64,000 nucleotides of DNA from Octopus sinensis (taxonomy: Eukaryota), in contig NC_043011.1 in NCBI RefSeq assembly GCF_006345805.1, forward strand, positions 24,688,464-24,752,463, read 5' to 3'. The position numbers and the translations under genes are program-made. A model generated the notes under the pieces. It was not told the DNA's origin and ran no database searches. It saw nothing but the letters and a program-made list of their open reading frames with translations. Shown piece after piece: positions 13,516-25,493 of the stretch. Within the stretch, counting starts at the first letter, position 1; the number at the start of each line of letters is the position of its first letter.

Positions 13516-14774
13516 CTTTATTTTATTATATATATGCATATGTGTGTGTCTGTGTTTTTGTGTCTGTGTGTAACCGTCTTCCCTCTCCCCATCACCACCA
13601 CTTGACAACTGGTATTAGTTTATTGACACCCCCATAATTTTGCATTCAACAAAAAGAGACCAATAGAATAAGAACCTGACTTAAAAATAAATAGGCACTA
13701 GGGTCAATTTGTTCAACTAAAACCTACCCCTTCTTAGCAGTGCTCCAGCATGGCCACAGTCCTATGACTGAAACAAATAAAGTATTAAAACATTACTAAT
13801 AAAAGATAGCATTTGTTTGCGAAATCTTTTATCTTTTACTTGTTTCAGTCATTAGACTGTGGCCATGCTGGGGCACCACCTTGAAGAATTCTTTAGTCAA
13901 ATGTATCAAACCCAGTACTTACCTTTTTAAAGCCTAGTACTTATTCTTTTGGTCTCTTTTTGCCGAACCGTTAAGTAAAAGGGATGTAAACATACCAGCA
14001 CTGGTTGTCAAGTGGTGTGGTAGGGGAACAAACACAGACAGACAGACATGCACACACACACATACAAACACATATATACATATATACGGCAGGCTTCTTT
14101 CAAATTCCATCTATCAAATCCACACACAAGGCTTTGATTGACCCAAGACTACAGTAGAAGATACTTGCACAAAGTGCCACATAGTGGGACTGAACCTTGA
14201 ACCATGTGATTGGAAAGCAAGTGCCTTACCATGCAGTCATGCCTGCACTTATAAAAATTTTTATTAAATATTATTAAAAGACACTTTAGGCATGGCTGTG
14301 TGAGCAAGAACCTTGCTTCCCAATGACATCGTTTGGAGTCCAGTCCCACCACACTGTTCCTTGAGCAAGTATCTTCAACTATAGACTCAGGTCAACCAAA
14401 GCCTTTTGAGTGAGTTTGGTAGAAGGCAGTTCCATCACATGTGTGTGTGAGAGAGAAATAGGGGGGGGGGGGAGAGAAAGAAAGTGCTTTTGCATCCTTT
14501 GATCGAAAGAAGGGATTACTTCATCTTTTGAAACCCCTAGAATTTTTTTCGTGGAACCCATTTTCAGAAATTCTGGATTAAGGGACACTCTTGTAATATT
14601 GTTATTTTATATCTAACAATGAAATAGTTTGCAATTTGCCTTCTTTCATGTAGCCTTTCATGTACAAAGAACTGTAATTTGGGAAGTCAAATGAATTTTA
14701 TTATATTTCTTCAATTTTCAGTGTATTTTTAACATGTCAAGATTGAAAATGATTTATATGTATGCATTTGTTAT

Positions 14775-15330
14775 TTACATACATCCATCTATACATACAT
14801 ACATACATACATGCATACATACATACATGCATACATACATACATACATGCATGCATACATACATACATACATACATACATGCATACATACATACATACAT
14901 GCATGCATACATACATACATACATACATACATACATGCATACATACATACATGCATACATACATACATACATGCAACATACATACATACATACATACATG
15001 CATGCATACTACATACATACATGCATGCATACATACATACATGTACATACATGCATACATACATACTACATGCATACATCCATACATACATCATACATAC
15101 ATACATACATACATATACATACATACATGCATACATACATACATACATGCATGCATACATACATACATGCATGCATACATACATACATCATACATACATA
15201 CATACATGCATGCATACATACATGCATGCATACATACATGATACATACATACATGCATGCATACATACATACATGCATACATACTACATACATGCATGCA
15301 TACATACATACATGCATGCATACATACATG

Positions 15331-15362
<32 letters not shown>

Positions 15363-15399
15363 CACACATACATACATACATACATACATACATACATAC

Positions 15400-15430
<31 letters not shown>

Positions 15431-15547
15431 CATGCATGCATACATACATACATGCATGCATACATACATGCATACATGCATGCATACATACATACATACA
15501 TATATACACACATACATACATACATACATACATACATACATACATAC

Positions 15548-15578
<31 letters not shown>

Positions 15579-15605
15579 CATACATACATACATACATACA
15601 TACAT
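14775..15605. repeat. Long (CATA)n/(CATG) satellite-like array, about 830 bp
   Basis: Directly visible; it generates the 298-320 aa HTYI/MYVC pseudo-ORFs. Confidence 0.97.
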
Positions 15606-16081
15606 GTGTGTGTGTGTTGCGTTTGTATATATGTATGTAAGTTTGCATGTATGTGTGTGTATATGTGTGTGTGCATGTGTGTGTATACACATATAGATAT
15701 GATATAGACATACATACATACACACATGCATATACGCATAGATACATTCATGCATATGTACATACACAAATACATACATATTTACATACACATATGCAGA
15801 CATGCATATATACATACAAAGACTGATGCTCCACTGACTGGTGTATATATGCCTGTATGAACGCATGTATATATGCATGTATGCTTGTGTGCATGTATGC
15901 ATGTATGTATGTATGTATGTATGTATAGATGGATGGATGGATGATTGCATGCATGAATGCATGCATGTATGTATCTATGTATGCATGCATGCATACATAC
16001 ATACATACATACATGCATACATACATGAATTCATGCATATATGCATACATACATATATGCATACATTCACAGATACATATA

Positions 16082-16166
16082 TGCACTAGTCAGTGAAGCA
16101 TTAGACTTTTACAGATAATGTGATGGAAGAATCTGAAGGTCACAGGTTCAAATCCCTCTGCAAGCA
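16082..16166 (+). pseudogene. Second tRNA-Lys(UUU)-like copy with the same 19-nt insert, inverted relative to 13170-13254
   Basis: AAGCA TTAGA CTTTTA [cagataatgtgatggaaga] A TCTGA AGGTC ACAGG TTCAAAT CCCTC TGCAAGC A, then TTTTT at 16175-16179. A third 5'-half copy lies at 15818-15845 (-). Confidence 0.7.
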
Positions 16167-17304
16167 TAAGCATATTTTTCATAATTTCAATTCATACATG
16201 CATATATACATATTTTGGAGACTGGACACTTTAAAACAGAATACGCATGAGCTGAAGCATATGAAGAAACAACAGACCTCAGAGAAGATACATTCCGGTG
16301 TCGATATGATCTTAAATGCACCTATCCACCATGGTGCAATCATTTGATTGGTTCTAAAAGGCGCATCAAACCATAAAACAACACTGTCAAATGAAAATAT
16401 CAAAATAGAGAAATGAATAAATAGATAAAAAAAAATAGGAAGATTTACAGAGGAACATTGACAATGATGAAAACGTATATCATGTGATATGATTTCTGGA
16501 AAACAGTTTTGCTTATATGATTATTTTATTTTTTTAATATTTATTTATATTTATATAGATACATACATACATGTGTATGTGAATGTGTGTGTATGTGTGT
16601 GTATGTGTGTATTTTGCATCATCTATTCCTCCCTTTAATTACATATCTTTTTTCTGTTTAGACAGCTTCATTAGTTGCATTGCTCACAGAGATATTTTTG
16701 ATTCATCTAAACCCAGACAAATATTGATTCAAACCAGTATTCTTAGATAGAGCAAGAGGGTGAGTGAGGCGGGGGTGGGGGGGCAGGCGGTGAGAGGAAC
16801 CATCTCAACATATCATTTTTGTAGAAAATAAGCAGAAAATGATATATATATATAACTTGGAAGAGGAATTTTCTTTTTAAATATTTCTTGCAAAATTCCA
16901 CTTCATATCCAAAGAAGGTGATATTTTCGAAGAGCTTAACAGACAGGAAAAAAATTTTTAAATCAAATAAAATGTAAAAATATACAAATCATTCGTTTTA
17001 ATGCTATTTATCTTTATATCCTTTACGTGCTTCATTCTTTGGACTGCTGCCATGCAGGAGCACTGCCTTGAAAGGTTAAGCCAAACTAATCAACCCCAGT
17101 ACTTATTTTTAAAGCCTGGTACTTATTCTATTGGTCTCTCTTCTGCCAATCTGCAAATTATGGGGACATAAACAAACCAACATCCGTTGTCAAGCTATGG
17201 TGGTGGTGGTGCTGGTGGAAGAAGACAAACATAAAACAAACGCAGACATACACTATTGATATATGTGTGTTTGTGCATATACATATATACATAGATCGTT
17301 AGCC

Positions 17305-17482
17305 ACTACACACATTTTTTTCTCTCTTTGTTTCTCTCCTTGATTTTTCTGTGTCCCTTTCTGTAGAAGAGTGTAGGCTCGAAACGTAAAAGACTTTTTC
17401 TATTCCTGAGCATTATACTAATACATCTGCTTGTTTTGTACACCACCTGTCTTTGTCTTTTGTTTTTTTCGTAATCTCTCCT
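17305..17482 (+). mobile_element. PLE-type terminal repeat (family B) with a hammerhead-like motif at 17357-17392
   Basis: CTTT CTGTAGA A GAGT GTAG GCTC GAA ACGT A AAAG; homologous to 42790-42945, which follows a PLE ORF relic; ends at (TA)n. Confidence 0.7.
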
Positions 17483-17683
17483 TATATATATATTTTATAT
17501 TTTATATATTTTGTATATTATATTAATTAATTTTATTTCTATGTTTTGGTTTATGTTTTTCACTGTTTGATTTGCCTAATAGTGGCTTTATCTCTAATTT
17601 AATATATAAATATATATATTTATACTGTAAAATTAGATTTAATCCTAAATCTAATTTTTCCCTGTAAGTTTGGATTTACTCCC

Positions 17684-17721
<38 letters not shown>

Positions 17722-17917
17722 ATTTGAAAATGAAAAGGAGAATGGAAATTTATTCACATCCAAAACTTTTCATTAAAACAGTTTTCTACACCACATATAA
17801 CAATGACCAACATTTTTCAATTGCAGCAACTATACATTGCTCCATATACACTACCACCATCACCAACACCATCACTGCCAATAGCTTGATAACGGATGTT
17901 GGTTTGTTTATGTCCCC

Positions 17918-17952
<35 letters not shown>

Positions 17953-17956
<4 letters not shown>

Positions 17957-18378
17957 CTTGATCACCTTGACCGACCAGTCAGTCAAGCGTCCATTTGACA
18001 CCGCTGGTCACAGCACGCTGTCCACTCCTCTTTGGTTCACACCTTTCTCCTCCACGTGATCCCAATCGTCCTCCTGAAATCGTAACTCCTCCGTCGTGGT
18101 GGCCTTCTGAGTGGTCGTTTCCACTCGCACGGGTACCACTCGCCAACTGCATGGGTCCACTGCAATGCTATATGGTAGTGAAACATGGACTACAACAAAG
18201 AGAGAAGAGCAGTGACTGGTAACAGCTCAAAAGGCCATGGAAAGGTCAATGCTTGGTATCTCATTGAGAGAGCACATCAGTAGCGAGATCATCAGAAAGA
18301 AGTCCAGCGTGAGGAATGTCATCGCAGAGTATACATGCAGCAAGTATAGATGGACTGGACACGTCGCCCAGCTCACCG

Positions 18379-18380
<2 letters not shown>
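17953..18380 (-). mobile_element. Short RTE-clade LINE insertion with 5' inversion, inside (TA)n
   Basis: 18157-18380 (+) encodes TAMLYGSETWTTTKREEQ*LVTAQKAMERSMLGISLREHISSEIIRKKSSVRNVIAEYTCSKYRWTGHVAQLTD. 18162-17953 (-) continues with QWTHAVGEWYPCEWKRPLRRPPRR...EEWTACCDQRCQMDA* and a (TCAAGGTGA)2 tail. Confidence 0.85.
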
Positions 18381-18413
<33 letters not shown>

Positions 18414-18428
18414 ATGTATATATATATA

Positions 18429-20112
18429 GGCAATAACGGAAGAATTCAAGACAGGATTCCCCTGGGAGCTCCTCTATGCTGATGACCTTGCTCTAATTGC
18501 TGAGTCACTATCAGAACTGGAGGAGAAGTTTCAGGTGTGGAAACAAGGATTAGAATCGAAGGGCCTTAGAATCAACCTAGCCAAAACCAAAGTCCTAATA
18601 AGTAGGAAGGTGGACCAACCACAAACGACTTCAGGTAGATGGCTCTGCTCGATCTGTAAAAAAGGTGTAGGTAGAAACTCTATAAGGTGCACCAAGTGTA
18701 AGCTATGGACACATAAGAGGTGCAGCAATGTCAAAGATAGGCTAACTGGGAAGATAGTTTTCGTATGTGGCAGATGCTCAGGAGAAATAAACTCTGGAAA
18801 CGTGCAGAGACCAACTTCTACCACGTTCCAGGGAGACAAACTAGAAGTAGTTGATAGCTTCCGCTACCTAGGAGACCAAGTCAGTAGCGGGGGGGGGTGT
18901 GTGCTGAAAGTGTAACTGCTAGAATAAGAATAGCCTGGGCAAAGTTTAGAGAGCTCTTACCCCTGCTGGTGACAAAAGGCCTCTCGCTCAGAGTAAAAGG
19001 CAGACTATATGATGCATGTGTACGTACAGCCATGCTACATGGTAGTGAAACATGGGCCGTGACTGCTGAGGATATGCGTAAGCTCACAAGAAATGAAGCC
19101 AGTATGCTCCGATGGATGTGTAATGTCAGTGTTCATAATCGTCAGAGTGTAAGTACCTTGAGAGAAAAGTTGAACCTAAGAAGCGTCAGTTGTGGTGTGC
19201 AAGAGAGACGGCTGCGCTGGTATGGTCATATGACGAGAATGGCTGAAGATAGTTGTGTGCAAAAGTGCTACACCCTAGCAGTTGAGGGAACCTGTGGAAG
19301 AGGTAGACCAAGAAAAACCTGGGACGAAGTGGTGAAGCACGACCTTCGAACTTTAGGTCTCACCAAGGAAATGACTAGAGACCGAGACCTATGGAAGTAT
19401 GCTGTGCGTGAGAAGACCCGGCAAGACTAGTCAGGCCTTAACCCGTGGCCCCTACCTGGGACGTAGTCAGTCCACCTGTGCATACCTTCCTTCTTGTGAC
19501 ACTTGTGAAGACCTGTTGAGGCAAGTGAAAATCAAATCAAAAAATCAAAAAATCAAATGAAATCAAAATAGATGAACATCAATGGAATTTGTATCTTTGT
19601 GGTACCAGTGCCGGTGGCACACGAGAAAACCATCCGAACGTGGCCGTAGCCAGTGCCGCACCGACTGGCCTCCAGGCTGTGGGCACGTAACAACCACCAT
19701 CCGATCGTGGCCGATCGCCAGCCTCATCTGGCTCCTGTGTTGGTGGCACATAAAAAAACACCATCCGAGCGTGGTCGTCTGCTAGCCTTGTCTGGCACCT
19801 GTGTCGGTGGCACATAAAAACACCATCCGAGCGTGGCCGTTCGCCAGCCTCGTCTGGCACCTGTGTCGGTGGCACATAAAAACACCATCCGAGCGTGGCC
19901 GTTCGCCAGCCTCGTCTGGCACCTGTGTCGGTGGAACATAAAATCACCCACTACACTCTCGGAGTGGTTGGCGTTAGGAAGGGCATCCAGCTGTAGAAAC
20001 ACTGCCAGATCTGACTGGCCTGGTGCAGCCTTCGGGCTCCCCAGACCCCAGTTGAACCGTCCAACCCATGCTAGCATGGAAAGCGGACGTTAAATGATGA
20101 TGATGATGATGA

Positions 20113-20114
<2 letters not shown>
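18429..20114 (+). mobile_element. 5'-truncated RTE-like LINE: RT C-terminal half (YADD), PHD-like Zn finger, 3' UTR and (GAT)n tail
   Basis: From 18430 AITEEFKTGFPWELLYADDLALIAES...RYLGDQ; a frameshift in the G-run near 18890; then ...RIRIAWAKFRELLPLL...LHGSETW...RLRWYGH...GRGRPRKTW...* at 19430. The 3' UTR is the source sequence of repeat family C. Confidence 0.92.
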
Positions 20115-20168
<54 letters not shown>

Positions 20169-20292
20169 ATATGTATGTATGTATATATGTATGTATACAT
20201 TCATACATGCATAGGTACATATACACACACATATATATACACACACATATATATATACATATATAAACGATGATGATGATGATGATGATGAT

Positions 20293-20323
<31 letters not shown>

Positions 20324-20967
20324 CACACATGTGCGCGTGTGTGTGTGCGTGTGCGTGTGTGTATGTACAAATATATATATATTGACATGGGACAAAGCCT
20401 ATATGATTCATAGATTAATAAACTTTATTGATTGATTATCATATCCTTCTTATTTTCTATACAAACCTGCATATGCCAACGGTTAACCAATTGTCCCACC
20501 ACAATCAATTGGATTCCACTACTTTAATATGATAAAATATAATATGATAAAATATAATATAATATCATATATAATATGTGTGTGTGTGTGTGTTTATGAC
20601 AGGCTTCTTGCGGTTATCGGCTACCAAAACCACTCACAAAGCTTTGCTTGGCCTGAGGCTACAGCGAAGACAGTTGCCTTAGGTGTCACATAGTAGGAGA
20701 GAACCCAAGGCCACATGACTGAAAAACAAGCTTCTTAAACACACAGCCAAACCAGGAATATATTTTTACTGTTTACTGGAAGAGGGGAGAGGCATCATTC
20801 ATGATGCATTTAGTTTTTATTTATCAAGGACTCTGAAAAATGAGTAGAAGGGAGGAAGTTATCCAGCAGCTGGAGGCTTGACCAATATAATATGACATGA
20901 TGCAACATAGTGTCACATAGTGCAATATAATGCAGCATAGTCACAGGTGTGGCTGTGTGGTTAAGAA

Positions 20968-21310
20968 CCTTGGTGGTGGTGGTGGTGGTGATGGTGATGG
21001 TGGGGTGGAGGAGGAGAAGGAGAAGGAGGAGGAGGAGGAAGAGGAAGAGGTGGAGGAAGAGGGGAGGGGAAGAGGTGGAGGAAGAGGAAGAGGTGGAGGA
21101 AGAGGAAAAGCAAGAGGGAGGAGGAAGAGGAAGGGGTGAGGAAGAGGAAGGGGGAGGAGGAAGAGGAAGAGGAAGAGCAAGAGAAAGAGCAAGAGCAAGA
21201 GCAAGAGCAAGAGCAAGAGCAAGAGGAGGAGCAAGAGCAAGAGCAAGAGCAAGAGGAGGAGCAAGAGCAAGAGGAAGAGGAGGAGGAGCAAGAGGAAGAG
21301 GAGGAGAGGG
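20968..21310. repeat. (GTG)n, (GAG/GAA)n and (GAGCAA)n purine-rich microsatellite
   Basis: Directly visible; hexamer GAGCAA array at about 21175-21290. Confidence 0.93.
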
Positions 21311-21432
21311 TTATAGTAGTATTAAACCAGTCTGCCACCTAAAAACTCAGAGAGTAACATGTAAAATGTGAAGTAGCCATGAATCTCCTCTGCAACAATA
21401 AACCTGGTCCTATAACTCCCATGATACTTTAA

Positions 21433-21636
21433 CTCTTCAGCATTCAGATTTTATCGTCCAGTTTATCGCTTGTTTCTTCTCATTGTTTTGAATTTATCAA
21501 GCATTATCCCATAGCTTCAATATTGTGATGATGTGATTGTATATTTTCAGAATGACATGGTAGGGTCAGTGCAAGAGGTTGGATTTGGTCAGGTAAAATA
21601 TTTTGGCTGTATATGGCTGGTTTAAATGCTAAAAGG
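21433..21636 (+). mobile_element. piggyBac-type MITE (about 205 bp) with TTAA flanks
   Basis: TTAA|CTCTTCAGCATT...AATGCTAAAAGG|TTAA; same family as 30388-30606. Confidence 0.7.
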
Positions 21637-21682
21637 TTAATATATCAACACCTCACACAAAGCAGCCTCCCTCCCTCCTCTC

Positions 21683-21729
<47 letters not shown>

Positions 21730-22204
21730 TTCCCCTCCCAATTGAGGGGGCTCTTTGGTTTTGCAAGTTTAGTGCTAGTGCCATGAAAAATGTATTCAGT
21801 ACACTCTGTAAAGTGGTTGGCATTAAGGAAGTGCTTTAGGAACCATGTCAAAACTGAGGTACTGAAGTGAGATGTCTTCCAACATGTTGGACCCACTTGA
21901 AATATCTGAGCCATTCCAGTATGGAAAGTGAACATACAACAACAACAACAATGATGATGATGATGGTGGTGGTGGTGGTGGTGGTTTCAAATTTTGGCAC
22001 AAGGCAAGCAATTTTTAGAGGAAGGGGTAAGTTGATTACATCAACCCTGGTGATCAAGTGGTACTTATTTCATCATCCCTGAAAAAGTGAAAGGTAAAAG
22101 TGACCTGGATACAATTTGAACTCAAAATGCAAAGAGCTGGAAGAAATGCTGCTGGTGAGCATTTTGTCTGATGTGTTAACAATTCTGCCAGCTCGATGTG
22201 CCTT

Positions 22205-22236
<32 letters not shown>

Positions 22237-22245
22237 ATATATATA

Positions 22246-22641
22246 TCTTTATATATAAAAGAGAGGTTGTGTGCTGTCTGTCTCCTACGATTTAGATTCC
22301 TAACTACTCCCACATTTTGCAGTGCAGTTTAACCAAAACTGGGTATCTTATAGTCGTGATTCATATCGAGCCCTTCTGGGTATTAGCGCGCATCTACGAT
22401 GAGTCTAGGATTTAAAAAAAAATTTACCATCAATTTTTCCCATTTTAATGCATTTTTGGCATATATAAGGGAAGTAACTCTCTAAAAATTTATTATTAAA
22501 TCTCAGAACGTAAAAAGCTACAGTAACACCCCCCCCTTTGTGGTTAGCCACATTGAGATGGCTATTATACTTTACATCTCTAAAAATGCTTATATAGTTA
22601 TTTCCCTTACAAACCCGAGCAATGACGGGCGATACTGCTAG
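22246..22641 (+). mobile_element. Non-autonomous Helitron, copy 1 (396 bp)
   Basis: A|TCTTTATATATAAAA 5' end; subterminal hairpin CCCG-agcaatga-CGGG; CTAG|T 3' end; no TSD. Confidence 0.88.
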
Positions 22642-22674
<33 letters not shown>

Positions 22675-22675
<1 letters not shown>

Positions 22676-22890
22676 GTTAATCCAAACATGAACAAAGAAA
22701 AAACACAACAATGCGGGAATGTGGAATAAGTACAGTGTTATTGGACGCTCAGGAAAGGAAAGAAAAAAGTAGGATTTAATGTTTCGAGCAGAGCTCTTCA
22801 TCGGAAATATAGAAAAAAGGAAAAGTCCAAGGAAGGGAAGATGGAGAAAGAAAATCGCCAACGATACACACACAGTCACATATTGAAATG
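22675..22890 (-). mobile_element. PLE-type terminal repeat (family A) with a hammerhead-like motif at 22774-22808
   Basis: Minus strand ATTT CCGATGA A GAGC TCT GCTC GAA ACAT T AAAT; ends GGATTAACTATATATA. Confidence 0.7.
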
Positions 22891-23018
22891 ACCGGAAGGG
22901 AATGGGTGAAGAAAAAGTTCTTTCAAAGACAGGGGAGTGCAAGAGAAGGAGGTATGTGCGTGTATGTGTGGGTATGTGCATGCGAACAGGTTTGTGTTTG
23001 CATGTGTGTAATGATAGT

Positions 23019-23050
<32 letters not shown>

Positions 23051-23226
23051 AATGATAGCACGTGTGTGTGTGTGTGTGTGGTTGTGGCTGCTTATCTATG
23101 TATGTGGTTGGGCTTATATCTTTTATGGTCATAGGAAGAATTTATAGTAAGAATTTTGGTAGGAGTGGCTGCCTGTTGTGTATCTACCTACACATGTGCA
23201 TAGAAGAATGGTCAATAGAAGGTACT

Positions 23227-23274
<48 letters not shown>

Positions 23275-23276
<2 letters not shown>

Positions 23277-23690
23277 AAGCCATTCCGTTGGTGACCTTGG
23301 CTCACTCAACATGTGTCCCCTCTGCCAAGAAGGTAATTGTTTCCCCGCCTGCTGATAAGTTATTTTTGTCTCATTTTGTCCAAAGTCGTAAGACACCCGC
23401 TGTTATCCTGTTTTTAACCATTATTGTTTTCAATTTTGTTTTCGTTTCTTGTATTTATGTTTGTCTCTGTTGCGTTTACATTCTTTCCTTCTACCAAGAA
23501 ATCTAATGCTCACAGCTTAGTTTTTTCTTTAGGGCTGGCCGAGTTGGAGCAAATATCAGAATTAATCAGCCGAAATTTGCCATGATGATTCGGTTTCTGA
23601 CTGAAGATTGAAGGCTGCTTCGAATTACTTGTCTGTTTTCCTTGTTTGTCCCTTCGTGTATTTCATGTTCTTTATATATAAATTTTTATT
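23275..23690 (+). mobile_element. Unclassified T-rich repeat between (TA)n tracts, possibly another PLE-type terminal repeat
   Basis: Similar architecture to families A and B; partial core CTGAAGA..GAAG-GCTG-CTTC GAA at about 23601-23624, without a convincing stem I or III. Confidence 0.3.
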
Positions 23691-23749
23691 CCTATATATA
23701 TATATATATATAAAGTTTCGAATGGAAAGAGGTTGCTCTTTCACAGGGT

Positions 23750-25170
23750 TGTATTTTATCCAAGTGTACACTGGTTTAGCTCCATATGGATTAATATACT
23801 TGGAATTCATCGATTCGTGTTAGTATTAGTGTTAACACTTATGAAGCTCCAGTTGTCGTTATAGATGTTTTCATCCATTTGATATAGGAGAACATAATTT
23901 TAATAATTAAAATGGAGTGTTCGAACATAGAAAAAAAATCAATTTATTTATATAATAGTCATTTTCATATCACCTACGTACGTTTCAATTTCTTATCTCC
24001 ATTCATATTTTGCAAATAACATTGCATTATAAAAGGCGTGATTTATGCTTTGAGGAAATTTTCCAGATCGTTACATCCAATCACAAATTAATCAACAATA
24101 AAAGAGAAAGAGGTTTTTGTTTCCCCACATAGAATTAAATATACATTTAATAAATTCGAATAAATAAAATTGAATAAATATTATAGAAATGAATATACAT
24201 CTAATAATTCCAAATAAATATAATTAAATTATGTGAATAAATAAATATCTAGAACTAATAATTCTATATTAATTAAATAGAGGAATACACATTGAAACCC
24301 TTACTATCAGCTGTGTATCAAAATAAATAATTCAGCAATGGATAGAGAATTTGTTATATGCATAAGCAAAAAGAAATATATACATATATACACATATATA
24401 GAAAGGTATGTATATATATGTATATATTTAATAAATTTTTAAATAATAAATTATATTTAAATAAACACTCATGAAGGATAAGAATTAAAATAAACATAGG
24501 AAGTAACCTTAAAGTGAAATGTACTTTCCCCATTTGAAAATAGTCTAACTCCATACATTTGATACATAGTGAATCATACCCCAATTAAGTATATAAAACT
24601 TAATCAAAGTAAAAATATATATAATAACCTAAACTATCAATAAATATGACTAATACATCTAAATAAATAAAAATTGTAATAAGAATAGAGATTTTCACAA
24701 CTAAATAAGTAGATGTTAAATAAACATATTGATTTGGATTCTTGCTAATATATATATTTTATCTTTATTCTTTTCACAAGTGAGTAGAAAAAGGAGTGGT
24801 AGCGAGCCTTTATAAAACCGATCTAAATTCCAATAAGGAGAATAGTAGTATGACGTAGTTCTTCAGAACTACAACTTGTAGTCATAGTTTAACCTCAAGC
24901 TATTTTTAGAAAGGAATCCAATAGACACACATGGTGACACACACAAATACACAAACGCATGCTGCTATTTCAGTCAGTAAGCAACTCTCCAGCCATTTTT
25001 TTTACCCTGAAGAGAATTTTACCTTTTAAATGCATAATGCAATACTAATTACAAAATATGAATGAAGGTAAGGAATTGAAACGTACATAGGCTTTATGAA
25101 AATTATTATTATATAAATAAATTGATTTTTTTGTGTTCAAACTCTCCACTTTCCTTAAATGTAACTACAT
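23750..25170 (+). mobile_element. Very AT-rich segment, possibly a heavily decayed PLE ORF upstream of the 25170-25350 terminal repeat
   Basis: Only weak peptide echoes (NFPDRYIQSQINQ near 24055; INKLIF..SPLSLN near 25115); many stops. Confidence 0.25.
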
Positions 25171-25350
25171 GTAGATGACTGGCGATTTTTTTCGTCTGCC
25201 TTCCTTTTCTCTTGGACTTTCCTCTGTCTCCTGTTTCTGAAGAAGAGCTTTGCTCAAAACGTAAAACTACCTTTCTTTCCTTCCCTGAGCATCTGTTAAT
25301 ACTTTGCATGTACCACATCCTCACATTGTTGTGACTTTTCTTGTTTTTTT
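25170..25350 (+). mobile_element. PLE-type terminal repeat (family A) with a hammerhead-like motif at 25233-25267
   Basis: GTTT CTGAAGA A GAGC TTT GCTC AAA ACGT A AAAC; abuts (TA)n. Confidence 0.7.
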
Positions 25351-25373
25351 TTATTATAAATATATATATACAC

Positions 25374-25420
<47 letters not shown>

Positions 25421-25445
25421 CATTTATACACACACACACACACAC

Positions 25446-25493
<48 letters not shown>

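Noticed and set aside
14734-15962. 298-320 aa ORFs (HTYI/MYVC repeats)
   Set aside because: Translations of the (CATA)n array, which is open in several frames on both strands; no splice or codon signal.
19740-19940. Regularly spaced repeats resembling a CRISPR array (also 30725-31255)
   Set aside because: Whole units repeat, there are no unique spacers and no cas genes, and the context is eukaryotic.
20930-21371. Poly-E / EQ-repeat / RA-repeat ORFs
   Set aside because: Products of (GAG)n and (GAGCAA)n repeats, starting inside a SINE head.
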